From the NCBI RefSeq assembly GCF_039942875.1, contig NZ_JBDVBQ010000046.1:61660-125659 (forward strand): a DNA stretch of 64,000 nt, written 5' to 3'. Of this stretch, positions 10,699 to 21,487 are shown one piece after another. A program made the translations under genes and the position numbers. The DNA comes from Paraglaciecola sp. Lineage in GTDB: Bacteria; Pseudomonadota; Gammaproteobacteria; Enterobacterales; Alteromonadaceae. The stretch's first letter is position 1. The number at the start of each line of letters is the position of its first letter. The notes under the pieces were generated by a model. It searched no databases, was not told the DNA's origin, and worked only from the letters and a program-made list of their open reading frames with translations.

Positions 10699-12285
10699 AT
10701 GAAACGCCTACTACTGCTTTTTTGTTTTTTTCCTTATCATTGCGCTTCTGCTAGTCCTCAAGTGACAGATGTAGGCTACGGGATGTCCAGTATTATTTTG
10801 GCGTTTACAGTTGGTTTGTTACTTGCCTCTATGGGTTTTTTAGCGATTAAATTCATTTCGAAAAAGCAGCACTTACCCCAGTTAAATAAGGATGCAGTAA
10901 GCGAAATAGGTGAGTTACACTCTCGGGCTGCTTTGGTCGGCTCGACAGTCGGAAAAATAGCTATCGGTGGGGCCAATGTCTCACACTTTATTGACAAACT
11001 TTCGATATTATTTGGTGAACAAGTTACTCAAACGGAACAAGCTCTTAAGGATATCCAAAGCCTAGAAAGTGCAAATGAGTCATTAATATTACAAGCTGAT
11101 CTAGCTATGGAGAAGATTGGTGCTTCAGATGATATGGCCTCAAATAGCAATGCCATGCTAAAAGATTTAATACCTAAACAGTCATCTTTGAACGAGCAAA
11201 TTTCTTTATCAAAAACCTTACTCAATGGCTTACTAACTCAAGCTGCATCAATTGGAAATATCATTACAACCGTAAACCAATTAGCCGATCAAACTAATTT
11301 GTTGGCTCTAAATGCAGCGATAGAAGCCGCCAGAGCTGGGGAGCAAGGACGAGGCTTTGCAGTAGTGGCTGATGAGGTTAGAGTGCTAGCTAAGCGAACC
11401 TCAGAAGCAATAAGTGGCATTGAAAATGTTTTGTCTGAAATAACCTCTGGCACCTCTGAATCCGCTAAAACTATTAATTTGGTTTATAGTGAAGGCCAGA
11501 GTATGTCACAGGTGATAGAGGATGTTTCTGAATCGATTGAGGCTAGCACTTTATCAACCAGTGAAGCGAGCGATGCTATGAAAACTGTGAAAATCACAGT
11601 GGATGGGCAAAAACAAACTAATCAGGGAATAACCGATACCATGAAGCAACTGCTGCAAACTTCACAAGCTTTTCAGCATGATTTTTCAGATGTTTCTAAT
11701 AAGGTATTAGGTTTAAGCCACCATACTGAAAATATTTTTAGACTACTTAGCGTATTTGATTTTGAGAACAGGAACACTTATGTACAAGAAATTGCAGAGC
11801 AAACTGCGTTAAAAATTGGGCGAGTGTTTGAACAAGCGATTGCGAATAATGAGATTACCGAATCCGCACTTTTTGATTTATCTTATTTAGAAATACCAGA
11901 TACGAATCCAACTAAATTTACCACCAAATTCGATACCTTCACCGATAGGTATCTGCCAGACATTCAGGAACCCATTTTAGTTAAAGATGATTTTATAGTG
12001 TTTGCTGGTGCTGTAGATAAAAATGGTTATTTTCCCACCCACAATAAAAAGTTTAGCCAACCTTTAACTGGAAATTATAAGAAAGATTTAGTTTCTAATC
12101 GTACTAAACGGATATTTGACGATTATACAGGTAGTCGTTGTGGTTCAAATACTCAACGCTTTTTACTGCAAACCTACAAGCGAGATACTGGCGAAGTGGT
12201 GCACGACCTTTCGGCTCCAATATATGTAAAAGGCCGACATTGGGGTGGGTTTAGAATAGGCTATATGGCTGAAGTATTCTCATAG
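10699..12285 (+). CDS. Chemoreceptor with MA signalling domain followed by a C-terminal Cache-like module
   Basis: It has two N-terminal hydrophobic segments with a loop of about 11 aa, and no HAMP. The MA hairpin is [34 protein letters not shown] (about aa 197-233). The C-terminal 180 aa or so end in [20 protein letters not shown]. Confidence 0.85.
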   Translation: MKRLLLLFCFFPYHCASASPQVTDVGYGMSSIILAFTVGLLLASMGFLAIKFISKKQHLPQLNKDAVSEIGELHSRAALVGSTVGKIAIGGANVSHFIDKLSILFGEQVTQTEQALKDIQSLESANESLILQADLAMEKIGASDDMASNSNAMLKDLIPKQSSLNEQISLSKTLLNGLLTQAASIGNIITTVNQLADQTNLLALNAAIEAARAGEQGRGFAVVADEVRVLAKRTSEAISGIENVLSEITSGTSESAKTINLVYSEGQSMSQVIEDVSESIEASTLSTSEASDAMKTVKITVDGQKQTNQGITDTMKQLLQTSQAFQHDFSDVSNKVLGLSHHTENIFRLLSVFDFENRNTYVQEIAEQTALKIGRVFEQAIANNEITESALFDLSYLEIPDTNPTKFTTKFDTFTDRYLPDIQEPILVKDDFIVFAGAVDKNGYFPTHNKKFSQPLTGNYKKDLVSNRTKRIFDDYTGSRCGSNTQRFLLQTYKRDTGEVVHDLSAPIYVKGRHWGGFRIGYMAEVFS

Positions 12286-12310
12286 CTTTGCCTAAAAATC
12301 AAAACGAGTA

Positions 12311-12336
12311 AAGGTGAGCTACTGCTCACCTTTTTT
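12311..12336. terminator. Bidirectional rho-independent terminator
   Basis: The stem aaggtgagc / gctcacctt is followed by T6. It lies between the convergent MCP and fbp genes. Confidence 0.75.
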
Positions 12337-12352
12337 GAATAAGTAGAGTTTA

Positions 12353-13324
12353 CTATTTATTAACGTAAGCTAGACAAGTCTCTACTTCTTCTTTAGAGCC
12401 AATTAAAACTGGTACGCGTTGATGGATTTCTGTTGGCATGACTTCCATTATACGGCCAGCTCCTGTATCTGCTAAGCCCCCTGCTTGTTCTACCAAAAAT
12501 GCCATTGGGTTTGCTTCATATAATAAACGTAATTTTCCAGGCTTACTTGGGTCACGTTTGTCATAGGGATACATGAATATTCCCCCACGAGATAATACTC
12601 TATGAATATCACCTACCATTGCCGCTACCCAACGCATATTGAAGTCTTTTTCACGAGGCCCTTCGGTCCCAGCTAATAGATCACTTACATATTCTTGTAT
12701 TGGGGCTTCCCAATGACGTTGGTTAGAGGCGTTAATAGAATACTCAGAGGTTTGCTCTGGCACTTTAATATTTGGGGTAGTTAAGAGAAAACCACCATGG
12801 GTTTTATCTAGTGTATATAAATGTGTGCCCTTACCTGTAGTAAGTGCAAGCATGGCTGATGGGCCATATAAAACGTAACCTGCAGCAACACTTTGTGTGC
12901 CTGGTTGTAAAAATGCAGATGGATCATCGGCATCCATCCATTGTGGAGCGTGAGTGATAGAGAAAATAGTCCCTATCAAGCTATTAATGTCTGTATTCGA
13001 AGAGCCATCTAGAGGGTCAAAGCTAACTAAGTATTTACCATCTGGGTTACAAGCTACTACGTCATCTTCTTCTTCTGAGGAAATTGCTTTTACATAGCCT
13101 GATTCACTTAGGATGTCTTTCAATATTTGGTTTGAAATTACATCTAACTTTTTCTGCGTTTCACCTTGAACGTTTTCACTTAAGGTAGAACCTAACACAC
13201 CTGCTAATGCTCCCTGACTGACCCTAAAGGATATTTCTTTACATCCCGCTAAAATAGTTCTCAATAGCAGGATTAGCTCCATTGGAGCGCCGTCTTCTTG
13301 TAGTTGCGAGTTAAGTCTTTTCAT
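12353..13324 (-). CDS. fbp: Fructose-1,6-bisphosphatase class 1
   Basis: 323 aa with characteristic FBPase I sequence ([30 protein letters not shown]). Confidence 0.95.
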   Translation of the reverse strand: MKRLNSQLQEDGAPMELILLLRTILAGCKEISFRVSQGALAGVLGSTLSENVQGETQKKLDVISNQILKDILSESGYVKAISSEEEDDVVACNPDGKYLVSFDPLDGSSNTDINSLIGTIFSITHAPQWMDADDPSAFLQPGTQSVAAGYVLYGPSAMLALTTGKGTHLYTLDKTHGGFLLTTPNIKVPEQTSEYSINASNQRHWEAPIQEYVSDLLAGTEGPREKDFNMRWVAAMVGDIHRVLSRGGIFMYPYDKRDPSKPGKLRLLYEANPMAFLVEQAGGLADTGAGRIMEVMPTEIHQRVPVLIGSKEEVETCLAYVNK

Positions 13325-13561
13325 GCTTTTTTACGCCTTGTGTTGTAGGAACAGAGTAGGTGACAAGTTTATTTTTTATTATTTTTGCCACAAGTTTCAA
13401 TGATTGTACCTTCAAAAAGCAAGAAACTCAGCAACCGAAACGTATTCTTTATAACCGAATGTTAAGTCAGTTGAAAATGGCACATATTTTTACATTCAAA
13501 ATTGGGTTCACCTTTGCTGTTCTGGTAACCTAAGAATATTGACTATATTGAACGACGAACT

Positions 13562-14959
13562 ATGCATATACACATTCTTGGCATTTGCGGTACTTTTATG
13601 GGAGGCATCGCTGCATTAGCGAAGTCAATGGGACATAAAGTGACAGGTGCAGATGCAAATGTTTACCCTCCTATGAGCACGCAACTAGAGTCTCTTGGTA
13701 TTGAGCTATTTGAAGGCTGGGATCCAAGCCAATTTAAAGTTGCATTAGACTCAAGTGACGGTTCAGAGATTCAATACGGAGAGCCAGACGTTGTCATTAT
13801 TGGTAATGCTCTGTCTCGTGGTAATAAAGCCGTAGAATACGTATTAGACAGAAACTTACCTTATATAAGCGGCCCTCAATGGCTATTAGAAAATGTTTTA
13901 AAAGATCGTTGGGTACTGGCTGTATCTGGGACCCACGGAAAAACGACTACCTCAAGTATTTTGGCGTGGATATTAGAGTATGCGGAGTTAGCCCCGGGGT
14001 TTTTAATTGGCGGTATACCTCAAAATTTTGATGTGTCAGCTCGACTAGGTAAGCATCCGTTTTTTGTTATTGAAGCCGACGAATATGATAGTGCCTTTTT
14101 TGATAAGCGCTCTAAGTTCGTCCATTATCGTCCTCGCACTTTAATCATGAATAACCTTGAGTTTGACCATGCAGATATTTTTGAGGATTTAGGCGCTATT
14201 CAAAAGCAGTTTCATCATTTACTTCGTATGGTGCCTAATAATGGACTCGTGCTATCGCCTAAGTCAGATAAAGATCTTTTAAGAGTATTAGATATGGGCT
14301 GCTGGACACCGGTTCAATTTACAGGGACAGATTGGCAAGCTAATAACTTGATTGCTGATGGTAGTAAATTTGAGGTCTTGTTCAAAGGGAAGAAGCAAGG
14401 AGTCGTAACATGGGATCTGGTGGGGGAACATAATGTTAATAATGCACTTATGGCAATAGCTGCTGCTCATCATGTTGGAGTGCAGTGCCCCATAGCGATT
14501 GAGTCGCTTACCGAGTTTGTAAATGTTAAGCGACGCATGGAAGTAAAAGGTGTAGTCAATAAGGTTACTTTATATGACGACTTTGCTCACCATCCTAGCG
14601 CTATAGCTACAACCATTAATGGATTAAGGGCAAAAGTAGGAAAGGCTCGTATTTTAGCTGTGCTGGAGCCTAGATCTAATACTATGAAAATGGGGGTGCA
14701 TAAAGATACCTTGGCGAAGTCATGGAGTCATGCGGACCATGTTTTTATCTTTGAACCTTCCAATTTAACTTGGTCAATGGACGACTTATTAGCCGAGAGT
14801 GATGTCACAGCCATGTTGTATAAAGATATGGATGTATTGATAAAATCAATTTTATCTTACGTACAAGCAGGTGACCATATTTTGGTGATGAGTAATGGTG
14901 GTTTCAGTGGGATCCATAAGGTGTTGCTAGAACAGCTAGCATTAATTAAAAACGATTAA
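13562..14959 (+). CDS. mpl: UDP-N-acetylmuramate:L-Ala-gamma-D-Glu-meso-DAP ligase
   Basis: Mur ligase family (GTHGKTTT). The N-terminus MHIHILGICGTFMGG resembles Mpl. It is divergent from fbp, as in E. coli. Confidence 0.92.
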   Translation: MHIHILGICGTFMGGIAALAKSMGHKVTGADANVYPPMSTQLESLGIELFEGWDPSQFKVALDSSDGSEIQYGEPDVVIIGNALSRGNKAVEYVLDRNLPYISGPQWLLENVLKDRWVLAVSGTHGKTTTSSILAWILEYAELAPGFLIGGIPQNFDVSARLGKHPFFVIEADEYDSAFFDKRSKFVHYRPRTLIMNNLEFDHADIFEDLGAIQKQFHHLLRMVPNNGLVLSPKSDKDLLRVLDMGCWTPVQFTGTDWQANNLIADGSKFEVLFKGKKQGVVTWDLVGEHNVNNALMAIAAAHHVGVQCPIAIESLTEFVNVKRRMEVKGVVNKVTLYDDFAHHPSAIATTINGLRAKVGKARILAVLEPRSNTMKMGVHKDTLAKSWSHADHVFIFEPSNLTWSMDDLLAESDVTAMLYKDMDVLIKSILSYVQAGDHILVMSNGGFSGIHKVLLEQLALIKND

Positions 14960-14973
14960 TTGAAGAAGTAAAT

Positions 14974-15750
14974 ATGAAATTGAAACCAATAATTTTAGGT
15001 GTAATAGTTGCTGTAATGAGTTTTCAGGCATTGTCTTGGGGGCAAATAGGACACAGGGTGACGGGTGCTATTGCTGAAAATTACTTAACTGCTGAAGCAA
15101 AATTAGCAATAGCCAAAATATTACCAAATGAAACCTTAGCTGAAGCCTCTACTTGGCCCGATGAAATGCGCTCTAACCCTAGCGAATTTTGGAAAAAAAC
15201 GGCAGGTCCTTACCATTATGTAACTATCCCAGATGGGAAAACCTATGGCGAAGTAGGCGCGCCGGAACAAGGTGACGGTTTTAGTGCTTTGCAAGCTTTT
15301 ACAAAGCAGCTTAAAAGTGACAAAACCACCATCGAGCAAAAGCAATTAGCATTACGTTTTATTATCCATATTATTGGTGATTTACATCAACCATTCCATG
15401 CTGGAAATGGCACCGACAGAGGCGGTAACGACGTAAAGCTTAAATTTTTTTGGCAGGACTCAAACCTACACAGAGTGTGGGATTCAGGGCTAATTGATAG
15501 TCAGCAACTTTCATATACCGAATGGAGTGCGATATTACTCGCTAAGATCAGCAAACAACAAGCACAGCAGTGGATGGATGTAGACCCACATATTTGGATT
15601 GCTGAAAGTGCTAAGCTACGGGCTAAACTTTACCCTGATTCAGATGAAATCTCATGGGACTACCAATACCAAAACTTACCTATCGTTAAAGAACGTTTGC
15701 AAATGGGCGGCGTGAGAATAGCGGCTTATTTAAATGAGCTGTTTAAGTAG
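14974..15750 (+). CDS. S1/P1-family nuclease, secreted
   Basis: A signal peptide is followed by WGQIGHR at the mature N-terminus. GDLHQPFH and NLHRVWD are metal-ligand motifs typical of S1/P1 nucleases. Confidence 0.8.
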   Translation: MKLKPIILGVIVAVMSFQALSWGQIGHRVTGAIAENYLTAEAKLAIAKILPNETLAEASTWPDEMRSNPSEFWKKTAGPYHYVTIPDGKTYGEVGAPEQGDGFSALQAFTKQLKSDKTTIEQKQLALRFIIHIIGDLHQPFHAGNGTDRGGNDVKLKFFWQDSNLHRVWDSGLIDSQQLSYTEWSAILLAKISKQQAQQWMDVDPHIWIAESAKLRAKLYPDSDEISWDYQYQNLPIVKERLQMGGVRIAAYLNELFK

Positions 15751-15768
15751 GGTTGGGGTGCAGCTTAG

Positions 15769-17679
15769 TTGAGTCAGTCTACTTTTCAGCCTTTACCGGA
15801 AGTTTTAGCCGGGCCTATTGTTAGGCAGGTACATACAAAGCAAGTTAACTTTTGGTTAATGACCTCCAAACCTTATGATTTTGAGGTGCTGTTACATAAT
15901 CTAGTTAATCAAGAAGTGCTGTTTGATGGGGCTGCTAGTACACCTGAATTATTTTCACAGGTACAGGTGGGAGAGCATGCTTTTGTAAACTTATTGACAA
16001 TACCTGTAAATGTTGACGTGAAGTGCGGTACCAGAATTTACTATGATATTAAATTATGCCGCGAGAATGAGCTGCCGTTAACAATATCAGAGCTATTACC
16101 AGATTTACTTTATCAAGGGCAAACCCTGCCCAGTTTTGTGGTTAAACAAGCTGTCCGCCAGATTTTACATGGCTCTTGCCGTAAGCCTCACCATGACAGT
16201 GGTGATGGTTTGTTGGTAGTTGACTCACAGTTAGAAGCGGCGTTTAAAGATGCTCAGTGTAGCCCTGACTTGTTAATGTTATCGGGAGACCAAGTCTATA
16301 CGGATGATGTAGCTGGCCCCATGTTAGTGGCAATTAAGCAAACCATTGGTCATCTTGGTTTGTTTAATGAAACCCTGTCAGGTGCGGTAATAGAACACAG
16401 CCTAGATGTCTTTGAACACCCAGATTGTTACTACCAAAGACCTAAATTATTACCCGATGAGCCAAGTGCAGAGAACACTCAAAAAAAGTTTTTTGGCGCT
16501 AAAAAGAAACCTATATTCACTTCTGTTAATGCTAACAATCATCTTATTTCGTTTGCTGAAGTCATGGCTATGTACATTTTGACTTGGTCGCCTGAGATGT
16601 GGCGCTTGGTTAATATTGATGACAAAGATATACCTATTCCTTTTCGCGCAACCTTTGCCAAAGAGAAGATTGCAATCGATCAGTTTTCGAGAGGCCTATC
16701 TAGAGTTAGGCGTGCACTGGCTCATGTTCCAGTGTATATGGTGTTTGATGATCATGATATCACCGATGATTGGAATTTAACCCGAGGCTGGGAAGAGGCA
16801 GTTTACGGTAATCAATTTGCAAAACGGATAGTAGGTAATGCATTAATAGGTTATTGGCTATGCCAAGGATGGGGGAATAATCCTCAAGATTTAGCTGGGT
16901 TATATCAGAACTGTAGGGAGCATTTTAGTAAGACGGGGATAGTTGAACACGATAAACTAGTAGACCAAGTTTTAGGTTGGGAGCATTGGCATTATCATTT
17001 GGATACGTCTCCAAAAATTTTGGTGCTGGATACCCGAACCCAGCGTTGGCGTTCTGAGTCAAATAAGAATAAGCCATCTGGTTTGATGGACTGGGAAGCT
17101 TTAAGTGAATTGCAGCAAGAGTTGATAGGTCAAGAAGCCGTTATTATGATTTCTGCGGCTCCTGTTTTTGGCGTAAAGTTAATTGAAACTATTCAAAAAG
17201 TGTTTACGTTTTTTGGAAAAGCACTGACCGTTGATGCTGAGAATTGGATGGCTCATAAGGGCACGGCTAGTGTCATCCTGAATATCTTTAGGAATCGAAA
17301 AACACCTCCTAACTTTGTGATTTTATCGGGGGATGTTCATTATTCTTTTGTGTATGACATAACTCTAAGGTTTAGGCATAACTCTCCAAACATTACTCAA
17401 ATAACCAGTAGTGGTATTAAAAATGAGTTTCCAGACAGTTTGTTACAATGGTTCGACCGTTTAAATAGAGTATTTTATAGTAAATATTCACCGTTAAATT
17501 GGTTTACCCAGAGACGAAATATGTTGGTGAAACATCGTAGGCCAGATAACCATAAAGTAAGAACTTTATTAAATGGTTCAGGTATAGGGTTACTTAAAGT
17601 TGATGCCGATTGCTCAAAGGTTGAGGCGCAACAAATGTGCGCCTCGGGTAAGATAGTGACTTTTAAGAAAAAAGACTAA
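15769..17679 (+). CDS. PhoD-like metallophosphoesterase family protein
   Basis: It has a TTG start. The motifs are SGDQVYTDD, VFDDHDITDDWN and SGDVHYSF. No signal or Tat peptide is visible. Confidence 0.6.
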   Translation: MSQSTFQPLPEVLAGPIVRQVHTKQVNFWLMTSKPYDFEVLLHNLVNQEVLFDGAASTPELFSQVQVGEHAFVNLLTIPVNVDVKCGTRIYYDIKLCRENELPLTISELLPDLLYQGQTLPSFVVKQAVRQILHGSCRKPHHDSGDGLLVVDSQLEAAFKDAQCSPDLLMLSGDQVYTDDVAGPMLVAIKQTIGHLGLFNETLSGAVIEHSLDVFEHPDCYYQRPKLLPDEPSAENTQKKFFGAKKKPIFTSVNANNHLISFAEVMAMYILTWSPEMWRLVNIDDKDIPIPFRATFAKEKIAIDQFSRGLSRVRRALAHVPVYMVFDDHDITDDWNLTRGWEEAVYGNQFAKRIVGNALIGYWLCQGWGNNPQDLAGLYQNCREHFSKTGIVEHDKLVDQVLGWEHWHYHLDTSPKILVLDTRTQRWRSESNKNKPSGLMDWEALSELQQELIGQEAVIMISAAPVFGVKLIETIQKVFTFFGKALTVDAENWMAHKGTASVILNIFRNRKTPPNFVILSGDVHYSFVYDITLRFRHNSPNITQITSSGIKNEFPDSLLQWFDRLNRVFYSKYSPLNWFTQRRNMLVKHRRPDNHKVRTLLNGSGIGLLKVDADCSKVEAQQMCASGKIVTFKKKD

Positions 17680-18744
17680 CTACAGATGATAATGTTTACT
17701 GTACTTGTGAACCGCATCAATAAATATTTTGGCATTTTCTGGTGGAACATCTAAATGAATGCCGTGGCCTAGATTAAATACATGACCATTACCTTTTCCA
17801 AAGCCTTCTAGTATTGTTTGTACTTCTTGTTCAATTCGTTTTGCTGGTGCATACAACATTGACGGGTCCATATTGCCTTGCAGGGTAACTTTATCGCCTA
17901 TCCGTTTTTTAGCATCAGCCATATCAACGGTCCAATCTAATCCCACCGCATCGCAACCTGTATCAGCAATAGACTCTAGCCACAGGCCTGCGTTTTTAGT
18001 AAATAGGGTAACAGGTACTCGTCTACCATCGTTTTCGCGAATTAAACCATCTACAATTTTATGCATATATTGTAATGAAAACTCTTTGTAATCACGCCCA
18101 GATAATACGCCCCCCCAAGTGTCAAATACCATAACAGATTGAGCACCAGCTTTAATTTGCGCGTTTAAATATAAAATAACCGAGTCAGCTAATTTATCTA
18201 GTAATAAGTGCAGGGCTTGAGGATCGCTAAATGCCATTTTTTTAATTTTGGTAAAAGCTTTACTAGAGCCACCTTCAATCATGTAAGTGGCCAAAGTCCA
18301 AGGACTACCAGAAAAACCAATAAGAGGCACTTGCCCCTGAAGGTTTTTACGGATGGTGCGCACCGCATTCATAACATAACCTAACTCAACTTCTGGATCT
18401 GGGTTAGGCAGTTTTTGTATGTCGGCCATACAAGTTAATGGGCGTTCAAATTTAGGACCTTCACCGGTTTCGAAATACAAACCTAAACCCATTGCATCTG
18501 GAATGGTAAGAATATCTGAGAATAAAATCGCAGCATCTAACTCAAATCGGCGTAACGGCTGTAATGTAACTTCACATGCAAGTTCTGCATTTTTACACAA
18601 GGACATAAAGTCGCCAGCTTGTGCACGAGTCGCTTTATATTCAGGTAAATATCGACCAGCCTGGCGCATCATCCATACGGGAGTGAAATCAACAGGTTGG
18701 CGCAATAATGCACGTAAATATCGATCGTTTTGCAGTTCTTGCAT
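17680..18744 (-). CDS. hemE: Uroporphyrinogen decarboxylase
   Basis: 354 aa with the HemE N-terminal motif ([15 protein letters not shown]). It is adjacent to nudC, as in E. coli. Confidence 0.97.
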   Translation of the reverse strand: MQELQNDRYLRALLRQPVDFTPVWMMRQAGRYLPEYKATRAQAGDFMSLCKNAELACEVTLQPLRRFELDAAILFSDILTIPDAMGLGLYFETGEGPKFERPLTCMADIQKLPNPDPEVELGYVMNAVRTIRKNLQGQVPLIGFSGSPWTLATYMIEGGSSKAFTKIKKMAFSDPQALHLLLDKLADSVILYLNAQIKAGAQSVMVFDTWGGVLSGRDYKEFSLQYMHKIVDGLIRENDGRRVPVTLFTKNAGLWLESIADTGCDAVGLDWTVDMADAKKRIGDKVTLQGNMDPSMLYAPAKRIEQEVQTILEGFGKGNGHVFNLGHGIHLDVPPENAKIFIDAVHKYSKHYHL

Positions 18745-18981
18745 AGGTTACCTCAGATAAAAATTATTGATTATAGCGGCGTGGCTTAAAAAAAACGGCT
18801 GTATTGTAACGACTTTCAGAATATAAAGCTGAGTAATTTTGACAAAGTTTTTGAAATATTTACAAAGATTAACTGATTTTAATAGGAGATCTGGTCAAAA
18901 ACGTCATATGGAAATTGAACTATAAAAATATTTTCGTGCTTTAACCAACCCACACTAGATAATGTAGGTAGGCATAGTTAA

Positions 18982-19824
18982 TTAATTTTTCTGAATAATT
19001 TCAAGTTCAGCATTGTGTTCAATTTCCTTTAATGTGTGTTGAATGAGCTGTCCAGAAATTGAACCTGTAGGAGGAATATTAGGTAAGGCTTTCGGATCGA
19101 ACCACTCTGCCTGGAGGATTTCTTTACCGTCTACTTGTATATTGCCAGAGTCAAAATCAGCTAAAAACCCTACCATTAATGAATGGGGAAATGGCCAAGG
19201 TTGGCTAGAAAAGTAGCGTAAATTTTTAACTTTTATACCTACTTCTTCGAATACTTCTCTATGTACAGCTTGCTCTAGTGTTTCACCACTTTCAACAAAA
19301 CCTGCTAGGGTAGAGAACATATTTCTGGCTCGTTGTGGTTTGCCTTGAGCTAATAAAATTGTATTTTGATGCCGAATAGAAACAATTATACAGGGTGAAA
19401 TTCTAGGATAGCAGCGGTGTTGGCACCTAGAACATTGTAACGCCATTTCCCATTCAATTTGCTGCATGACACTACCGCATTGACCACAAAAGCGATGGGT
19501 TCGTATAAATAAAGCTACCTGCCAAGCCCTAGATATAACGCTAAAGAAAGCACTGTCTATTTGGAATAATAAGGTGCGTATGCTAACGAGCGTATATTCA
19601 TCATTTCTTATTTGTTCACTCCCCATATCTATCAATAAGCAAGGAATATCTAGATGACTACCTACTTTAACTATTTGTTCTTGATATTCGTGGGCAAAAT
19701 CAAGGGCTCCCCAAGTGCTAACAAGGAGTTCAGGGCTATCCACTTTTTGAAATATTTTGTCACCATTTATTATTAACCAAATGGCTTTTGTATCGGGTGT
19801 CACAGATATATTTTGTTCTATCAT
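18982..19824 (-). CDS. nudC: NAD(+) diphosphatase (NADH pyrophosphatase)
   Basis: It has a zinc ribbon (CGQCG...CSRCQ) followed by a Nudix box (GFVESGETLEQAVHREVFEEVG) and SQPWPFP. Confidence 0.88.
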   Translation of the reverse strand: MIEQNISVTPDTKAIWLIINGDKIFQKVDSPELLVSTWGALDFAHEYQEQIVKVGSHLDIPCLLIDMGSEQIRNDEYTLVSIRTLLFQIDSAFFSVISRAWQVALFIRTHRFCGQCGSVMQQIEWEMALQCSRCQHRCYPRISPCIIVSIRHQNTILLAQGKPQRARNMFSTLAGFVESGETLEQAVHREVFEEVGIKVKNLRYFSSQPWPFPHSLMVGFLADFDSGNIQVDGKEILQAEWFDPKALPNIPPTGSISGQLIQHTLKEIEHNAELEIIQKN

Positions 19825-20013
19825 GCTTTATTCTAAAAAGAGGTTTTCGGGGTAGATTATCATACCTATTACAGTGGATGCTTGTCTGTTAATAAATATG
19901 GTATCTAATATGTTCCAACTAGTGATATTTATTTGTGTTGTTAAACTATCGATTAGGGGGAATCGATAATTAATTAATGATAGTATTTGGCTGTTCATTT
20001 TGAAGGAAGTAAT

Positions 20014-20466
20014 GTGACTACCACAGACCAAGCAAGTATAGATAACCAAGTATATAAGGCGCGGCAATTTTGTGAAGATAAAGGTGCAAGATTTACCCTG
20101 CTAAGAGAAAAAGTATATGGCCTGCTATTAGAGCAAGGTGGGGCTGTTGGGGCGTATGAATTATTAGATACGCTAAAATTAACGGAATCAAATGCAAAGC
20201 CTGCAACTGTGTATCGTACCTTGGACTTTCTATTAGAGTTTGGGCTGATCCACAAAATTGAATCAACTAATGCTTTTGTTGCCTGTCATCATTTTGACTG
20301 TCTTCATCCTGTACAGTTTTTAATATGTGATACATGTGGTGAAGTAACTGAAATTCAGTCTGCAGGCCTTAAAGATACATTAGATAAACAAGCATTAAGT
20401 GTAGGCTTTAATGTCGTAAAACAAACCATTGAGGCACACGGTACTTGTTCCGATTGTAGGGATTAA
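20014..20466 (+). CDS. zur: Fur-family zinc uptake regulator Zur
   Basis: It is similar to Zur over its length (KPATVYRTLDFLLEFGLIHKIESTN, CDTCG...HGTCSDC). The GTG at 20014 with an upstream GAAGGA is preferred over the TTG at 19987. Confidence 0.8.
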   Translation: MTTTDQASIDNQVYKARQFCEDKGARFTLLREKVYGLLLEQGGAVGAYELLDTLKLTESNAKPATVYRTLDFLLEFGLIHKIESTNAFVACHHFDCLHPVQFLICDTCGEVTEIQSAGLKDTLDKQALSVGFNVVKQTIEAHGTCSDCRD

Positions 20467-20494
20467 CTTAACCTCGAATAAAAGAGCTAACTAA

Positions 20495-20959
20495 ATGAAT
20501 GCTGAATTTATTAACCCTTTTGTAGCTGCGCTACTGAATGTATTAAAAACTATGGCTCAAGTTGAGCTGGTGCCGGGCAAGCCGCGTAAAAAAACTGATG
20601 AGAAAGCCGGTGGGGATGTGTCTGGCCTAATTGGTATGGTTGGAGACAATATCCAGGGCTCTTTATCTATATCATTTGAAGAAAGTTTAGTATTTGAAAT
20701 TATGGAAAAAATGTTAGGCGAGAAGCCTGAAAGCATAGACTCAGATGTAAAAGATATGGTGGGTGAAATAACTAACATGATTTGTGGCGGCGCTAAAAGT
20801 GACTTAGATCAAAAAGGGTTTGATTTTGGTATGGCGACTCCTATCGTGGTTTCAGGAAAAAATCACAGTGTAGACCACCAAGTTGATGGTAAAAAAATGG
20901 TGATGCCTTTTTCCCACCCATCGGGAAAATTATATTTAGAAATGTGTTTTAACAAATAA
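20495..20959 (+). CDS. cheX: CheX-like chemotaxis phosphatase
   Basis: 154 aa. The N-terminus (FINPFVAALLNVLKTM) and the EITNMICGGAK motif are typical of CheX. Confidence 0.78.
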   Translation: MNAEFINPFVAALLNVLKTMAQVELVPGKPRKKTDEKAGGDVSGLIGMVGDNIQGSLSISFEESLVFEIMEKMLGEKPESIDSDVKDMVGEITNMICGGAKSDLDQKGFDFGMATPIVVSGKNHSVDHQVDGKKMVMPFSHPSGKLYLEMCFNK

Positions 20960-20969
20960 GCTTTTATAC

Positions 20970-21401
20970 ATGTCTGTTTGGCTGCAACAACCTATTGTGT
21001 TGAGTAAGAAATCCCGAGGGTATCACCTGATTACCAGCGAGGTGATTAAACAGCTACCTTTTATCCTGGAAATTGAGGTTGGCTTGCTACATTTATTTAT
21101 TCAACATACTAGCGCAAGTATAACTATCAACGAAAATGCAGATCCAACTGTTAGATTAGATATGGAAACCCATATCAACAAAATGGCGCCTGAAAATATG
21201 GCCTACTATATGCATGACTATGAAGGTGCGGATGATATGCCTGCCCATATAAAATCCAGTTTGTTAGGGAGTAATTTAACCATCCCTATTTCTGGCGGGC
21301 AATTAGCCTTAGGCACATGGCAGGGCATTATTTTAGGTGAACATCGTAATTTAGCTGGAAACCGTCACTTAATTGCGACAGTTTCAGGTAAAAAAATGTA
21401 A
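20970..21401 (+). CDS. yjbQ: YjbQ/UPF0047 family protein (secondary thiamine-phosphate synthase)
   Basis: It is close to YjbQ throughout (HTSASITINENADPTVR, YEGADDMPAHIKSSLLG, LGTWQGI.LGEHR). Confidence 0.88.
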   Translation: MSVWLQQPIVLSKKSRGYHLITSEVIKQLPFILEIEVGLLHLFIQHTSASITINENADPTVRLDMETHINKMAPENMAYYMHDYEGADDMPAHIKSSLLGSNLTIPISGGQLALGTWQGIILGEHRNLAGNRHLIATVSGKKM

Positions 21402-21487
21402 ATAAACAATAAAGCGGTTGCTTTCATTTTAATCATATATATGATCGCGCCCATTGTTATAAATTGAGATACATAGGAATAGTTGAA

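Noticed and set aside
13478-13493. TGGCAC-ATATT-TTTAC in the fbp-mpl intergenic region as a sigma-54 promoter
   Set aside because: The -24 element matches, but the -12 position has no GC or GT dinucleotide (TTTAC). Neither fbp nor mpl is an expected RpoN target.
19828-20067. A 79 aa minus-strand ORF between nudC and zur
   Set aside because: It overlaps the zur start region, has no family resemblance or RBS, and its hydrophobic low-complexity sequence looks like an AT-rich intergenic artefact.
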